This document shows, piece after piece, positions 23,435 through 37,632 of a stretch of DNA of 64,000 nt. The notes beneath the pieces are model-generated. The model searched no databases. It saw only the letters and a list, made by a program, of their open reading frames with translations, and was not told the origin of the DNA. The translations under genes and the position numbers were made by a program. Where the stretch lies: positions 124,001 through 188,000 of the forward strand of contig QPGO01000036.1 of assembly GCA_008632985.1 (NCBI GenBank), given 5' to 3'. Origin of the DNA: Psammoneis japonica (Eukaryota). Within the stretch, counting starts at the first letter, position 1. Each line of letters starts with the position of its first letter.

Positions 23435-26307
23435 GTCGTTGATTGCATCTTCAATTTGGTTGATCAGGCTGTGTTGGTTGCTTGGCAAAGAACAGAATTG
23501 TCGATTGCTTCTTCAATTGAGTGCAACAAATCACAATGAATCGGCCATGGTGACAGTGATGGAATGATGGGTGTCAGTCTGATGGGTCGATTGCAGCCTG
23601 CAATTTGAACTGGGAACTGGCACAAATGCAGGATGCAAAAGAAATGCATGTGTGGAATTCATTTGCATGGAGCCAGAGGGCAGCTGACACACATCGGATG
23701 GACGGTCGGTTGGTTGATCGCTGTGTGTTTGTGGGTGGGTGTTTGAAATGGTTGTTGAAAGTGACATGAACAGCAAGGAATGTTGCTTGCATCCATGGGG
23801 CACAGATTTTCATCTAAAGCTGATTGTTGATTGGAAACTTGCCCCATGACGAATGCACATTAGACTGATGTGTGTTCTCTGTTGTGTTGCTGCTCTCCGA
23901 AGCAGCATTGAACAACAACCACGCATTGACAAGACAACTCCCAAGTCTCAATTTGCATTCGTCAATTGTTGTTAGATTCGAATTTTGTTGGAGAAAGTTG
24001 AGATGCAAATGCATTGCACTGAGATGGTCCGCCAATGCCCAAATCAAAAAGAGGTGGAAGATTCCACTGCTGGCACCACCGCACCATCACTGCTCCAGCC
24101 AACAGTGCAACACACATTTTCAAAAACAAAATGTCTGACAAACAATCCCATTCTTCTTTTGCGTCATACATTGTTGATGCTGTCCCAACCATGTCGCAGC
24201 ATGTGGCATTGGTGACTTTCCACCCGACCGCAAACACACACACATGCACGTGCAAAACACAGAGAGATCAGAAAGAAAAGACAACAAGACATTGTGCACT
24301 TCATTTTTGACAATGTAGATGCTGACAAAAAACTTCTGATGGCGGCAACGTTGCCAGATGGTGGTGAAGGACACTCGTGTGCAGGATTTGTTGTCATTGA
24401 GATGATGACTTGAGACAAGACATCGGTGGACTGATCTTGCTGATCAGTGAAAAAGATGTCAATGGAATCACACTCGATTGGATCAAGGCAAACCATGTTG
24501 ATTGAAGGTTGTGGCAATGGGACGAGCAGCTGCTTGCATCACATTGTCACCCGACCTTCAAATTGACCAACAGCGAACACTGGACAAACATGGATGTGGC
24601 GCAATCCAACCAAGCCATCCTTGAACAACAGTGCATTGACATGATGACACCCCAAGTCTTGATGCGTGTGTCAATCTTCATTGACGTCAAATGAAGCAGA
24701 ACCAGAGATGGCCATGCACCAGCAAGATGGTCACAGGCAGCTGTGAACAAGGTGAAAGATTTCAACACAACCAGCTGCAGCCAGCATGCAGCCAAAAAAA
24801 AACCTTGTCCGGCAACAACAACAGCACCGTCACAAACATTTCCCTCTCGTCAAATGACATCCCGTCGGTGTGTTGATTCCGCACTGACAACTGGGATTGC
24901 TGTCACGTTAAAGGTTGTCTGCACATCAGACAACCCCCTGACACCAGAGTCCGGCAATTTTTTTATGTTTGTGGCTGGCCAAAGGAAAAGGGAAAAAAGG
25001 AGGGGATTCAACCTTTCGATGCATGCAAAAATTGACCATGCAGCAGGGCCAGAGATTCATTGGCTTCTTCTTTGTGGTCTGGGGTGGTTGCTGCAGGGGC
25101 AAAAGCTGGGTGCACATTGCAACTTCAGGGTGACTGTCAGCTCAAAGGCTGCATCAGGGGAGGGCCAGGGAGAAGAAAAACATGCAAGCTTGGCTGCTTG
25201 CTTTTCAAACCCTGGTGTGTTGGTCATGAGCAAGCTTTCGAGAGAAGAGTGAGAGAGGTTCTGGCTGCATTGCCATGCAGAGAGTCTTGTTGCTGGCACA
25301 TCTCAGGTTGTGTGTTCAGCATGCTCAATGGCTCTTGGGCCCAACAACCTCACTCAGAGCTTTTTTGTGCCAGCAACAAGCTCAAAGTTGTCTTGCTGTG
25401 CTGACAAATGACAAATGAGCTTGAGGAGGCTTGTCTGCAATTTTGCAGCTGTGACATGGGGGCACCAATGACATGAGCTCCTGCCAGCTCCAGCCTTGGC
25501 TCAGGGCTTTTACAACACTGGTGTCTCTTGCTCAACTGCAGAAAAGAGCTGTGGCATGTGAGGTCAGGCAGCCCAGGAGCCAGGCTGTCTGCACTCCTTT
25601 TGCAGATGGAACAAAGGGCCATCATGACTGCACAATGAGGGCAATTTGTGTGGTTGTGCTGGTGTTCTGAAGGTCTGGGTGTGCCCCTGGGAAGCTGCAC
25701 ATGAAGAACTCAGCATTGCCACCAGCACCATGAGTGCATTGCCGCCCTGCTCTGGGAGCCTGCAAACTCAAGTTTGGTGTCTCAGCTGGCATCGTTTTTG
25801 TGCACGATTTGGGTCGCATGTGGCTGGAACAGGTCATTCGTGTGCCAACAAGCCTCAAGCTGTGGGTCATGAAAAAGCCACCAACCTCCCAACCAGCTGC
25901 AGAGCCAGCCAAACCATGCCACTTGAGGGTCCAAGGTTCAAAACAAGAGGGTTGCATCAACTCTCTTCTTGTTTTGTGTGCTCAAGAGCCTTTTGTTCTC
26001 TCTGCAAGTCTTGTTTGGTGTGTGCTCACTTCTGTTGAGTTTGGATTGAAGAAAGGAGGCTGCAAGTTCCAGATGGGTTGATTTGCCTTTGCTGCAAAAG
26101 GTGTGCATTGTCCATTTTGATTGGACGCCCATGCAGAGATCTGAAAACCAGCATTGTTGCAAGCATTGAATGCAGAGAGAGAAAACCAATTGACATTTTG
26201 AAATGAACATGCAAATGCTTGGCAGCTGGCGCAGAAATGAAAAGATGATTTCGAATTTGACATCCTGTTTTGTCCATTCGATTTTGCTCATGCCCAAAAC
26301 TCTGCAT

Positions 26308-26428
26308 CGTTGACCATTTGGCTGTCTTTGTACCAAAGCAGAAATTTTAATTGGGGGATGTTGTCAACCATTTGGCTGTCTTTGTGCCGAAGCAGAAATT
26401 TTAATCAGGGAATGTCGTCAGCCATTTT
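26308..26428. repeat. 54 bp tandem repeat (about 2.2 copies)
   Basis: (TG/CA)ACCATTTGGCTGTCTTTGT..C.AAGCAGAAATTTTAAT at 26311 and 26365, partial copy at 26419. Confidence 0.85.
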
Positions 26429-27683
26429 TGGCTTGCTTTGGCTTGAAGTCATTTTTGTTGATGTGGGTTGTGGGCTTGTTGTTAACTGGCCATGATCCTG
26501 CTGAAATCTTTGCCAGAGTCCCTCCCTTTTTCTGCACACACTTGCTTGAACCGGCAACCCGGAAATGGGTTGAGGTCAGTGCGGTGGTTGCTTTACGAGG
26601 TCGCCCCACCTGCACTCGACACACCCGACAAACACTCAGACAAACAAACCAGCAAACCCAAAAAACAAACCTGCACAAGGCAGCTGCAAAGCAACTCACA
26701 CTGGGGCCCCTGTTGAGCACAGCACTCAACTTGGACAACTGATGGGGCACTGCTCCTCAGCCAGCCACGATGTTTTGGGCTGAGTTGCCACCCACATTTT
26801 TCCTTCCTGCGTGACTTGGTTGCCGGTCAGAGCCCACTGTCTCTCTCTCCCTACAGTTTTGCACTTCTCCACCTGCCAAAAGTCTGTGAGAGGGGCCCTG
26901 GCAGTGCCAGCTGGCAATCATTGAGCTGTGTTGCACTGCATCTCATTGACAACAGTCGCGCTGCATTTTTTTGCATGTGGTGTTGCATCGTCAGCTGCTT
27001 GCTGGGTTTTGCAGTGTTGGCTGAAACAATGTGACTTTTTTAGCATGCGCAGCTGGCAGAGCTGGCACACACAATGTCATTCTTTCAATGGGTGTCAACC
27101 AAGTGACTTGAGCCCAGTTTTCTCTTTTTTCAAAGCACAACTTTTGCCGCCAGCCAGGGAGGCATGGGGGGGAAATGAAGCAGCAGTGTGGTCACCAAAA
27201 AGTGCCGCCGTGCATGTGCAGGATTTCTAAAATGTCTTTTGGATTTTTGAAAGTGCACAAAGGGCATTTAGAAATGCCACCACGAAAACTTGTTCAACTG
27301 CCCTGTGTTGCTGGTGCCCCCTTGAGCACACAAACCCAGCTGCAAACAGCAGAGCAGCACACACACCCCGGTGCAAGCAACCATTGCAAGCACAAGCAGC
27401 ACATGAGCAAATTGTTCACACAAACATGTTTTCGTTGAGGCTCAAGCAAAAACCACAGGGATGCACAGTCAAGCCCAAACAAGACGCAGGACTCTGTCGA
27501 AGCCCTCCGAGTGTCTCCCGTCCTTGCGTCGTCCGATGCCTCTTCCTCGATCTGCTCCGATCTCCGCCGATCGATAATCTTGAAGATTCATTCTTGATGC
27601 GTTGGCGTTGACGTTGACGCGGGTATGGACATTGATAGATGCATGCATCGGCATCGCAAAAGAAATAATAAACGAATCACTGT

Positions 27684-30650
27684 ATGATGTTGCCACGAAA
27701 CTTGCTGGCCTCGATTGTAGCTGCTGTATTCTTGCCTAATCTGAAAACGAAAACAAGATCGTTAGCATTCGTTCCGCATCCAACTTACGGACGAAAGACT
27801 GCTCTTCACGCAAATCCGCCGCTTTCACGGCTGTTTTCATCATCTGAAAATGACATTATCGAGGAAGAATATGGCAATGACGAAGAGTTCACATATGCCT
27901 CGTCGGAAGAATTCATGTCGGAATCAGATGTTGCGACAGCAGCCAATGAATTGGCGAAGAACAACAATCAAGTTGAACTACAAAGGAGATCTCCAACAGT
28001 TTTCTGCAATACGCTCTCAGTATCATTCTGGGTCGCGCCCTCCCAGATGCAAGGGACGGTTTAAAGCCGGTGCACCGTCGCATACTGTATGCAATGTCTC
28101 AGTTATCGCTAGCCCCGAATTCGCCTCATCGAAAATGTGCGCGTGTGGTTGGAGAAGTACTTGGGAAATTTCATCCTCATGGGGATATGGCAGTCTATGA
28201 TGCATTGGTACGTATGGCGCAAGATTTCAATAGCGGCACTCCCCTTATTGACGGACATGGCAACTTTGGAAGTGTTGATGCGGATCCGGCTGCCGCAATG
28301 CGATACACCGAATGCAGACTAACAAAAGTATCGCACCAAGCCCTCTTGGAAGATCTGCAGCTCGATACTGTAGACTTTGTCCCTAACTTTGATGGCAATG
28401 AAGTCGAACCTACAGTGTTGCCGGCAAAGTTACCCATACTGCTACTTAATGGATGTTCCGGAATTGCAGTAGGCATGGCCACCAATGTGCCACCACACAA
28501 TTTGAATGAATTGATGGACGCTTGTGTCGCGCTCACAAACGGCTTCAAACAAGACGGAAGGCACGTCTCAGACGAAGAATTGTTTTCCTTAGTACCCGGT
28601 CCGGATTTTCCGACAGGAGCCAGCATTATGGGAACGGAAGGATCCAAGCTACTTTATTTAACCGGAAACGGCGGCGTCATAATGAGAGCAACTACGCATA
28701 TCGAAAAGATTGTAACGAAGAAGAAGCAATCGAGGTCTGCCATAGTTGTGACACAGCTTCCCTATCAAGTGAATAAGGCTGCGTTGTTGGAGAAGATTGC
28801 TAATTTAGTCAATGACAAAAAGCTAGATGGCGTGGCAGATTTGAGGGATGAATCTGATCGGGAGGGTATTCGAGTAGTGATTGAATTGAAGCGCGACGCT
28901 GTAGCTGCTGTAGTACTGGTAAGAATTCTGTCTCGAACCGTTTTGTTCTACGTAAGATGTTGATTTTTCCCTTACTCATCCCGACGTTGGTTTAATGTTG
29001 TTGATACCTACATCAGAACAATCTGTACAAAAAGACGTCGTTACAAAGTTCCTTCTCTGGAAACTTCTTGGCTCTCATGGGATCAGGAACGGTCCCACAG
29101 AGGTTTACGCTACGATCAGCCTTGGAATGCTTTTTGGACTTTCGTTTTCAAACCATCCGTCGCAAGTCTAGATTTCAATTGGGCAAGGTATCATCTCGGG
29201 TACACATCGTCTCGGGCCTCCTCAAGGCTCTGGCCTCCGTCGATCATGTAATCGATGTAATTCGAACCGCACCCGATCAAGCCGCAGCCAGGGAAGCTCT
29301 CATGGAAGATGATGAGAACGATGAAGCGTCACTGAGTCTTTCTCATGAGCAGGCCGACGCGGTGTTGCGCTTACAGTTGGGACAATTGACCAGACTCAAT
29401 AAGGACAAGCTACAAGATGAAAAGAGTACACTGGAACAATCCCAAAAGGAGCTACAGAATCTGCTTGACGACGATGATGCAGTCCGCAGTGTGATGGTCG
29501 GGGAATTTGAAGAGCTGAAACACAAGTTCGGGATTCCAAGACGGACTGCAATTGAGGTAGAAGAAGGGGAATTGTCCGAAATCGATTTGATTCGTAATTC
29601 TCGATCAGGTATGTTTGTAGTGACTTGATATAAGGGCTTGCTTCTTCCGCATGTATTTTCGCTCACAATCTGTATGCGTAATCAGTGATTGTTGTAACTC
29701 GTGGGGGCTACATTAAACGCATGCCGCTGAAAACATTTGAAAGCCAAGGTCGAGGGACGCGTGGAAAGAAGGGAACGTCAGACGCATCAGCAGATAATGA
29801 AGTTGCCCAATGCTTTACGTGCAACGATCACGATACGCTACTCATGACGACGCAGAGGGGTATTGCCTTTGGTCTTCGAGCATTTCAGGTCCCCAAGGGA
29901 GGTCGCACGGCCAAGGGCGTAGTACTGCCGTCGGTTCTCCCAATCAAATCCAATGATGTGGTTACGTCCATCTTACCCGTCTCGGAGTTTACGAATGATA
30001 ACGAGTTCATTGTCCTAGCTACAGAACGGGGATGGATTAAAAAGACCCCGCTTGCTGCATTCGAGAACTTAACCAGTCGTGGCCTCACCATTGCTTCCCT
30101 CGCCGACGGAGATTCTCTCAAATGGTGTCACCGCTGCACAGATAGTGACGATTTGTTGATCGGATCAACCCAAGGGAGAGCTACAAGGTTTGAGGCGGCG
30201 TGTTTGCGCCCCACAGGCCGAACGAGTCGTGGAGTGCGGGCGATGAAGTTAAAGGAGGGAGACACAATTGCTGGCATGAATGTGTTGAGTTCTTCACCTT
30301 CATCTGGGAAGGATTCGTCGGAATTTGTCCTTGCAGTGACGAATCGTGGGTTTGGGAAGCGCGTATCGACCGACGAGTTTCGCGTCCAAGCTCGTGGAGG
30401 CGTGGGTGTGATTGCGATGAAGTTCAAAAAGGATGAGAATGACAGTGTTAGCTGTCTTCTCACGGCCCGTGAAGACGATGAGATCCTTGGCATTTCAAAC
30501 AGAGGAATCATTGTTAGGCAGCGTGTTTCTGACATTCCTGTGCAATCGCGAACCGCCACCGGTGTTCGGGTACAGAAGCTTGACGTGGACAACGGAGACT
30601 GCATAAGCAGTGTCAGTATAGTACCAAAGTATGAAGAAAGGGATGACTGA
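27684..30650 (+). CDS. gyrA: DNA gyrase subunit A, nucleus-encoded and organelle-targeted (3 exons, one apparent 1-bp frameshift)
   Basis: [24 protein letters not shown], catalytic AAMRYTE, GyrA box QGRGTRG and beta-pinwheel repeats. Introns 28919-29016 and 29609-29685. Presequence with SLA-FVP. One base is missing near 27981-27984. Confidence 0.96.
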
Positions 30651-31169
30651 GGAGGTTAGAGCGTTCGGCGGCCTACCTGTCGAGTGTCAAGAACAATATG
30701 CTGGGGTGGGAGAAATGGCTGAAGCGTGCGCAGCTAAGAATATAGATTTTTCCCTAAAGCGGCGACTTCGATATCGTTGCTTGTTGCGTATGAAACTCAA
30801 GGTCACAGTAACCGACAGTCTGTGATTGCTCTCTATTTGTGACCTAGATCTCAGTGACTTGGACCAATTAGAACATAAAACGGTTTTGATTCCGCAGCCC
30901 GACTTGGCATGATTCGTGTTGCTTAACTCGTATGCTCTGCAGCAGTTCCTTGGCTTCCTCCGCTGCCAGTTCAACCAGTGCCGGACGCGCTCAAACCGCA
31001 CCTACTAGGGCCCTACGGAGACAAGTCACATGGCATTTTGAATTTCCAAGCAGGCTTGTAAATACAGTATTATGAGAATGGTATTTATACATTTACCGGT
31101 ATCACCGTTCGTGACCTTGTGTGAGCTCTTTCCGTTGACAATACAGCACCACGTGGTGCTTGGCAATGT

Positions 31170-33354
31170 TCATGACCAGGGTCGGTTTTCTTCGTCGAGT
31201 TGATTCAGGCTCGTCGAGTCCATTATGTCCTTCTTCTTGTCGCTTTCTTCTACATCAAGTTGTTGCTGGATTTCTGCAAGCAACCCGTCAATCCTACTAC
31301 TGGTCCCGCCGCCGCCGCTACTGCTTCGTTTTGGCTTGAACTTGGACCACCATGAGTCCGTCATGAACATTTTCGTCTCGGCCGTGTCTGCCAACTTTCC
31401 CAATGTCTCTTTCCCCGTTTCGTCGTGTCCATTCCCTGCACAACGTTTGCCAATCGATTGACCAATTGAAGATCGTCTGCATATGCTTCCTTCAACGCAC
31501 TGAGACGACCACTATCGTTGGCTTGCTTGACGAGCGCGTCCCACATTTCCGCACCAATGTCCATCATCAATTCTCCCCGACGATTCCGTTGACGCTGTAG
31601 CTCCGCCACCCACGCGTCCGGAAGGAAACCATTTGAGGATGCCACGTGCGCCAACTTGACGTAGAAGGGTCCCAATTTACAAATGCCTTTGCTAAAGATT
31701 TGGCACGTTTGCTTGGTCCACGTGCTCTTGTCGATACAGTCGGCATAGTTTTCTTGCAATTCCAAGAATAGCTTGGCAACGTCATCACCACGCTTGTGCG
31801 GGCTTTCCTCGTAAAAGGACCATTGCTTACACGTTTCTTCGTCGTGTGAAAACGTTTGAATAGTTGAGGAAGACATTTGTGCCATGTCATTCTCCTGTAC
31901 AAGAGCCCGTGCAAGGCTCAAGTGTGATTTCCACGAGTTGACAGACTTCCATGGATCCTTCTCTGGTGAGCTCGAGACGTGTGCGAGAAAAGGTAGTTGC
32001 CACGAGTGCTTGCCTTGTGGTAACCGCCATGGATCATCTTCTTTTGCCAAATCGCTTGTCTTGGCACTTGTCCCTGTCGGAGGCGCGGACCCTGCTGTAT
32101 GCGTGGATGTCTTCTCCTTGTTGTGCAAAGGCGATGTCTTGGGAATAATAACGGGCTCGTGTTGGCTCTTGCTGTCTTTTCGTGGTTGCGCAGAACTCTT
32201 GGTGGACGCTGAAGGAGGAGAGGACGAGGGTTTGCCGTTGTTATCTTTGGTGGAACTCTTGTTCAAAGAGGGAGACGATTGCTTTTTCCTCTTTCGCGTG
32301 GAAGAAAGGGAGAGCGTGGCCGATGTTGAGTTTTGCAAAGCCCCCATGGTGGCAGGAAAGTAGGAAGACGGTTTGTCCTTGTTGACGTTCAATTTCGCAG
32401 TACTCGTCGAAGAGGTCGTGGGCTCCTTGTTGTTGCTGTCCTTGAATGCGTCTTTGCTTGATGATCGTGTAAGAGATTGTTTGCCGCCCTTATGCTTGAC
32501 TTGAAAGTCAGTAGTGTTCCTTCCGGTACTATTGTTGCTCGACAAGCTCTTGAAGGTGGACGATACGGACCGTGTATCATTGTCTGTAAATCGAGACGTA
32601 TCTGACTTTGACTGGGAGGAATCGCCCATCATTTCTCGCTTCAAAAAGCCCGTGGTTGGAACGACGTTGCGATCTGAAGGTTCTGCTACTTGTTCTGGTT
32701 GCGTCGAGAACGAAGGCAAGCGGAGAGGCGGTGCCTTGTCTGAGTTGTGCTTGATACGCATGGACGCCACCGTCACTGCAACCATCGCTACAAAAGGCAA
32801 GACGCTCACAATCCATTGATTGCGTGTCGACAGTTTCAGCCACTCGTACTTGCAACACGCACCAACATAGCGCAATTGCTCGATCCACATGTGCATTCGC
32901 CACGTCTTGCAGCACGCTACGAATTGATCCCAGTGATTATATCCCGCCGCCTTGTAGAGAAACCACATGTAGTCGAGTCGTTGAACCATACCGTATGCTT
33001 GAGTGTCATGGCGAATCGTTGCAACCGGGGACAAGTCGCGGCTCCAATTACTAAACTCAATTGCAGAGCCAGTCCCGCGCATAAACACTTGGCCCAACGA
33101 GACAGCGTCTTGCTTGCTTTCGTAGGACGGATAAGATCATTATGTTTACGGGATAGCGATACGGAGACACCACTGCGAGGACGAATAACAGTTGTAAAAG
33201 TAGTAGTAGAAGAAGTATGCTGCGGATGACGTGCTCTTACAGCGACGAGTGTTGGACTGATGCCGACAAACGCTTCGGCATGTTGTGAAACGCTCGCAAG
33301 TAGCAAAAATGGCACCAGCAACCATTGCCACAGAGTCGACTTTACTATCGTCAT
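31170..33354 (-). CDS. Hypothetical plastid-targeted protein, Ser/Lys-rich, with two apparent 1-bp frameshifts
   Basis: Signal peptide plus AEA-FV. Three overlapping ORFs join if single bases are restored near 33135 and 31432. LGPFYVKLAHVASS resembles the ABC1-kinase N-terminal helix but no kinase core is visible. Confidence 0.6.
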
Positions 33355-33976
33355 GTTCTTATGGTACGCAACAAGAGACGGCGGCAGCAAAGCGAAATAG
33401 GCCTAATGAGAGAATTGAGAAACAGCACCACGAACAACACTTTGAACTTGTCGCGCCATGCTCGATTTTTTTGGCCTGTTTGCCTTCGACAGCTGGCACG
33501 CGCCGTCCCGCCTTGGAAGGTCCAACGCGTCGCACTGTAAGTAGAATTGTACGGTCATTGTGCGAACACCGACGTTAAATAATGAGTTTTTGAATTTGAA
33601 AGACTGACCTCGGGCGGATGATGGATGAGGGTCCCCAGCAATCTCCGTTCCACGTTGGTTTGCCGGCAACGAAATAAATCGGCAGCGAAATGAAGTTGTC
33701 GCCTCTGATCTGACGATGAAAACACATTATTTTACATGTTGTTGTTGTGGTACGTACTGTACGGTAGGGGTCATCAGCTTGTTCATTGTGATGGTCGTGA
33801 GGAGTCGTGATGGCGGATGGGGCGCGCGCGCGCCTTCTGGTCTGGCTGTGTCCGTCCGGCGTCGCGTCAAACCCAGAGATGAGGCGAATAATCATGCATC
33901 ATAAATCGACGATGAGCAGAACAGCGGCGGCCGCGACTGCCACTGCGACTGCAGCATTACGGGCGACCCAAGCACA

Positions 33977-34863
33977 ATGAGACGATCGACAACCTCTCTG
34001 ATTTACACGACAGGCTTTCTCTTCTTGTCGTTAGTGCCCTTGTCTGTTTTTGCCCGCACTGTACAAGTGTCCTCTGCAATTCACTCACGACATGTTTGCT
34101 CTCGAGGCGGCAGTCAAAACACAGCAACCCAACCACAAAACAGTGACGCTATTTCTGGTGATGGCCAAGACGGTGATCAAGAGAATGTGATTTATTGGAA
34201 GGAGCTAGTTCCTCCAGAGCAACAAGAAATGACCTCGATGGATTCCAAACAAAGCCGCAAGATTACCACAAAAGAAAAACGAAAATGGCTGTGGAGCAAG
34301 AAAGACTCGGTCGTTCGAGATATACAATCTTCTTATTCACCCATCACATCTCGAAAAACGATTCATCACTTGATGGAGCCTCATCCTATGAGAACTGATC
34401 AATGGAAACTCAAATTAGCTGTGAAAAGACGTCACGAAACCTTTATCCCAGAGCGAGAGCTCTTGTTGGAGTTTTCAAACAATGGGTATGTTCGGGTTAT
34501 GAATAATTGTAGTACAGTCGTAACAGCCATTGGTAAGTGGAAATTAAATCCTGCTGGTGTCGATTGGTCCATACCTGTACAGCTCCAGCAACGGCAACAA
34601 GTCGACGACTCGTGCGAGACGGTCATGGTGCATTATCACGCAGACTTGCATTTAAATCAATTTGGTAACCAACCACGCATGACACGAGGCGTCGTGACGC
34701 GAGATCGGACAACTCGCAGTGCTAAACCTGGATTCCAAAACGGTGGTTTCGTCCCGTCGTTGCCACCTTTTCGGGAAATGGTGTTGGACAAGATACTCTG
34801 GACGTTTCCTATCAACAACGAAGATTTGGAATGCCACCAAAGCAATATGTAAACGCAGAGTAA
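33977..34863 (+). CDS. Hypothetical protein with signal peptide (apparent 1-bp frameshift near 34735)
   Basis: Long ORF with hydrophobic N-terminus. The shifted frame gives a more protein-like tail (WFRPVVATFSGNGVGQDTLDVSY) ending TAA 34861-34863. Confidence 0.65.
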
Positions 34864-34937
34864 ACTTCTACTAGAATAGCCTACTCTTTGAGCGGATAAG
34901 TGTGTACAAAGCATAGAGAAGTACATCTATTTTAAAA

Positions 34938-37632
34938 CTAGCAGGTCGCCAAAAGCAGAGCAACAGAAACCCCAATTGTCACCCAGCGAGAAACACCAGA
35001 GACTAGCACCTCTACAGCCAAGGAGGGAGCGGCAGCAGTTGCAGGATACTGATTCGTAAAGCAGCCATATACTGTGGCAAGCGCAAAGTTCTGTTGCGAA
35101 GATTCTTGTTGAGTCGACGAAACAGTAACACGCACGGAATCGCCGTCTGCCACACCAATGCGGGTACGTTCGACATTGTTTAGGCTGTCGGCCGAGTCAA
35201 GTCCATTTGGGAAGTGATCGGTGCTCGTCCCATCCTCCAAAGTCCTTTTCACATTCAAATCGAGATTAGAGATCAAGCACCTCAAGCATGACGTGTATCC
35301 CGGAGGATCGATCCACGACAGCGTGACGCTAAACCCTGGGTCTGTACATTTCAAGTTGCTTATATCAATGTCAAACTCATAAACTTTAGGTTCAGCCCCT
35401 TGGACAATTGTCTCATTGTCTCGAAAATCACCAATCAACTCATTTTCTCCCGCAAGGGGTAATGAATCGATCAAACTGATTCTGCCAAAGCCTTGCTCGT
35501 GATTTACAGAATCAAAATCGAATCCTTGTAGAGCTTGCGCACCATTGACCAATATCGCTTTCGCCATTGCAGCAGTTATCATCGTAGTAGGAGCGCTGCC
35601 CTTGGTTCCATCCCCATGCCATCCCTCTTGAAAGTATTGGCGTATTAAACCAACAGTGCCGCTCACTACCGGAGTTGCCATGGATGTTCCCTGGAGCGAG
35701 AGAACGCCATATGTAGAGTTTTTTTCGCCGGGTCCCGGGAGATCATTGACGCTCGGAGGGTCGCAAGACTCTTCTGGTTTCGCACCAACAGACAAGATGT
35801 AGCTTCCCGGCGCTACGACGTCTGGTTTGAAGCGCTTGTCCATAGAGGGTCCACGAGATGAGAACCGCGCAAGCTCGTCTATTGGTGACTGATTCGGCTT
35901 GACATCCATTCCAGCACTGGTGCTTGCACCCACTAGAAACAAGAGTTCAGTGGAGTTTGAGCTATCATGCTATTTCAAACAAGTATTATCAGTACAAGCA
36001 TCGTGACGTACCCGTGATTACATTCTTTGCATTTGCAGGGGAGCCAACTGTACTGCCTGCTGGGCCAGAGTTTCCCGCCGCTACTACAATCGCAAAGTGA
36101 GGGTTTTGGTAAACATAGCGATCAAAGTCCCGGTCCTGGTTTGTATAAAAGCGTGACTTGCTCCCCCAGCTACAAGAATGGGTGAGCGCACCCGCCATGG
36201 CGCCTGGACTCATGAGCGAATCAGCGCCGGGAACTTTGAGACCTGTGCGATGAAACAATGATAATACATCAACGAGGACCATAAGGTACAATACACCATA
36301 AAAAGTCGCTATGAGTAAGCAATTGCACTTACGATCTTCGAGCCCAATGTCAAAGAAAGCTAGCTTCGCGTCAATGGCAATGCCATCAACGAATCCATCC
36401 GTCTCATTGATTCCGTCCTCTGCCTTGCGGCCAGCAATTGTGCCAGCACAGTGTGAGCCGTGACCATCCGTATAGTCTTGAGAATCTACATAATTCACAT
36501 ACTGAATAACCTTTCGATTCGAGTTGTTAAAAGTCTGTGTGGAAAGCGAAAAAGTGTTTAGATTGTGCAAAAAGGTTTGGTTGGAATGTTGTGTCAAACT
36601 TACTGTGCCAAACTCAAAATTATCCACGAGGGCGTCTCTGAAGTAGCAGCTGTTCAAGTCCAGTCCAGTATCGGATAAGGCAATAACTTGCCCTTTACCG
36701 GTAATGCCGCGACGAAAGAATGGTCTCTCATTTTGGACTCCAGACTGCGTGATCCATTGTGCCTCCACGTTGCCAATCACGTAGGGCGCTCTTCGCTCGA
36801 TAAAGCAAATTTCTGGAGCATGCGCTAGCCCCAGCGCAAGGAGCAAGAAGCAAGCTTCTGGTGCAAATCCTTCTTCCGTTACATTCAGGCGTAGAATGAC
36901 ATAATCAATACCCGCCTGTTCGACCTCAAGGTTATTCAACATGGCATCGCAATAGTCTGGGTCTTGGACGAGCTGTTCTTGCAATGCGACAAGATCTGGT
37001 GCAAAAGGATCGACTTCTGGAACCGTCAATAGAAAATTAATCATGGGCAAAATCATATCGAGTGTCTCGAGAAAAAAGTCTGTCAGATTGAGCCATGGCA
37101 AACCTGGGCATATTTGCACCGAGTACTCCGTCGCCTTTGTCTCGTCACTGACAAAGTCCACAGTGCCAGAGTTGATCTTTAGAATGAATCCGATTGGCTG
37201 AACAATAAACTCCCCCAGGCCTTGCGCTACGGAATAGTTAGCCACAGCAACGACACACGTTACGTAGGGGACGTTGAAGATGGTATACGTGTCGTTGAGT
37301 GTGGATCCGGTCTGGTCAGCAATCGCTTTTCGACGTTCCAGGCTTGTACGATCTGGATTGTCATCACAAAAAATATAGGGAAACTCTTTACCTTGTTCTT
37401 CTTGAAGCGTCTTGGAATAGTTCCAGTTCCATTCCGTTTGTATAGTCCAATTATTTAGTGGCAACGTGCTGTTGACATCGTCACTAAACTCTGATCCAAC
37501 TGCCGTAAAAAGAATCTGGACAAAGAAATGTCTTGACATGGAACGTGCTTCGCGAGCCTGCGCCCACGGAAACCCCATCATCAGGAGTAGCAGTGGCAGA
37601 AGGATAAGGGAACGCTTATTGTGCCGCATCAT
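34938..37632 (-). CDS. Subtilisin-like serine protease (S8, KP-43-like), secreted or membrane-anchored, 4 exons
   Basis: Catalytic DTG, HGSHCAG, AAGN and GTSMATP. Introns 36535-36603, 36243-36332 and 35933-36011. Signal peptide and hydrophobic C-tail. Confidence 0.93.

Noticed and set aside
27975..27990. Programmed ribosomal frameshift in gyrA
   Set aside because: No slippery heptamer, and similar 1-bp losses in several unrelated genes point to assembly error.
27684..30650. Bacterial contamination or recent HGT (gyrA, TyrP-like permease)
   Set aside because: gyrA has spliceosomal introns and both genes have algal targeting presequences, typical of nucleus-encoded organellar genes.
31560..31700. 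ABC1/UbiB kinase
   Set aside because: Only the LGP.YVKL-like helix is present. No VAVK, catalytic or DFG motifs are seen.
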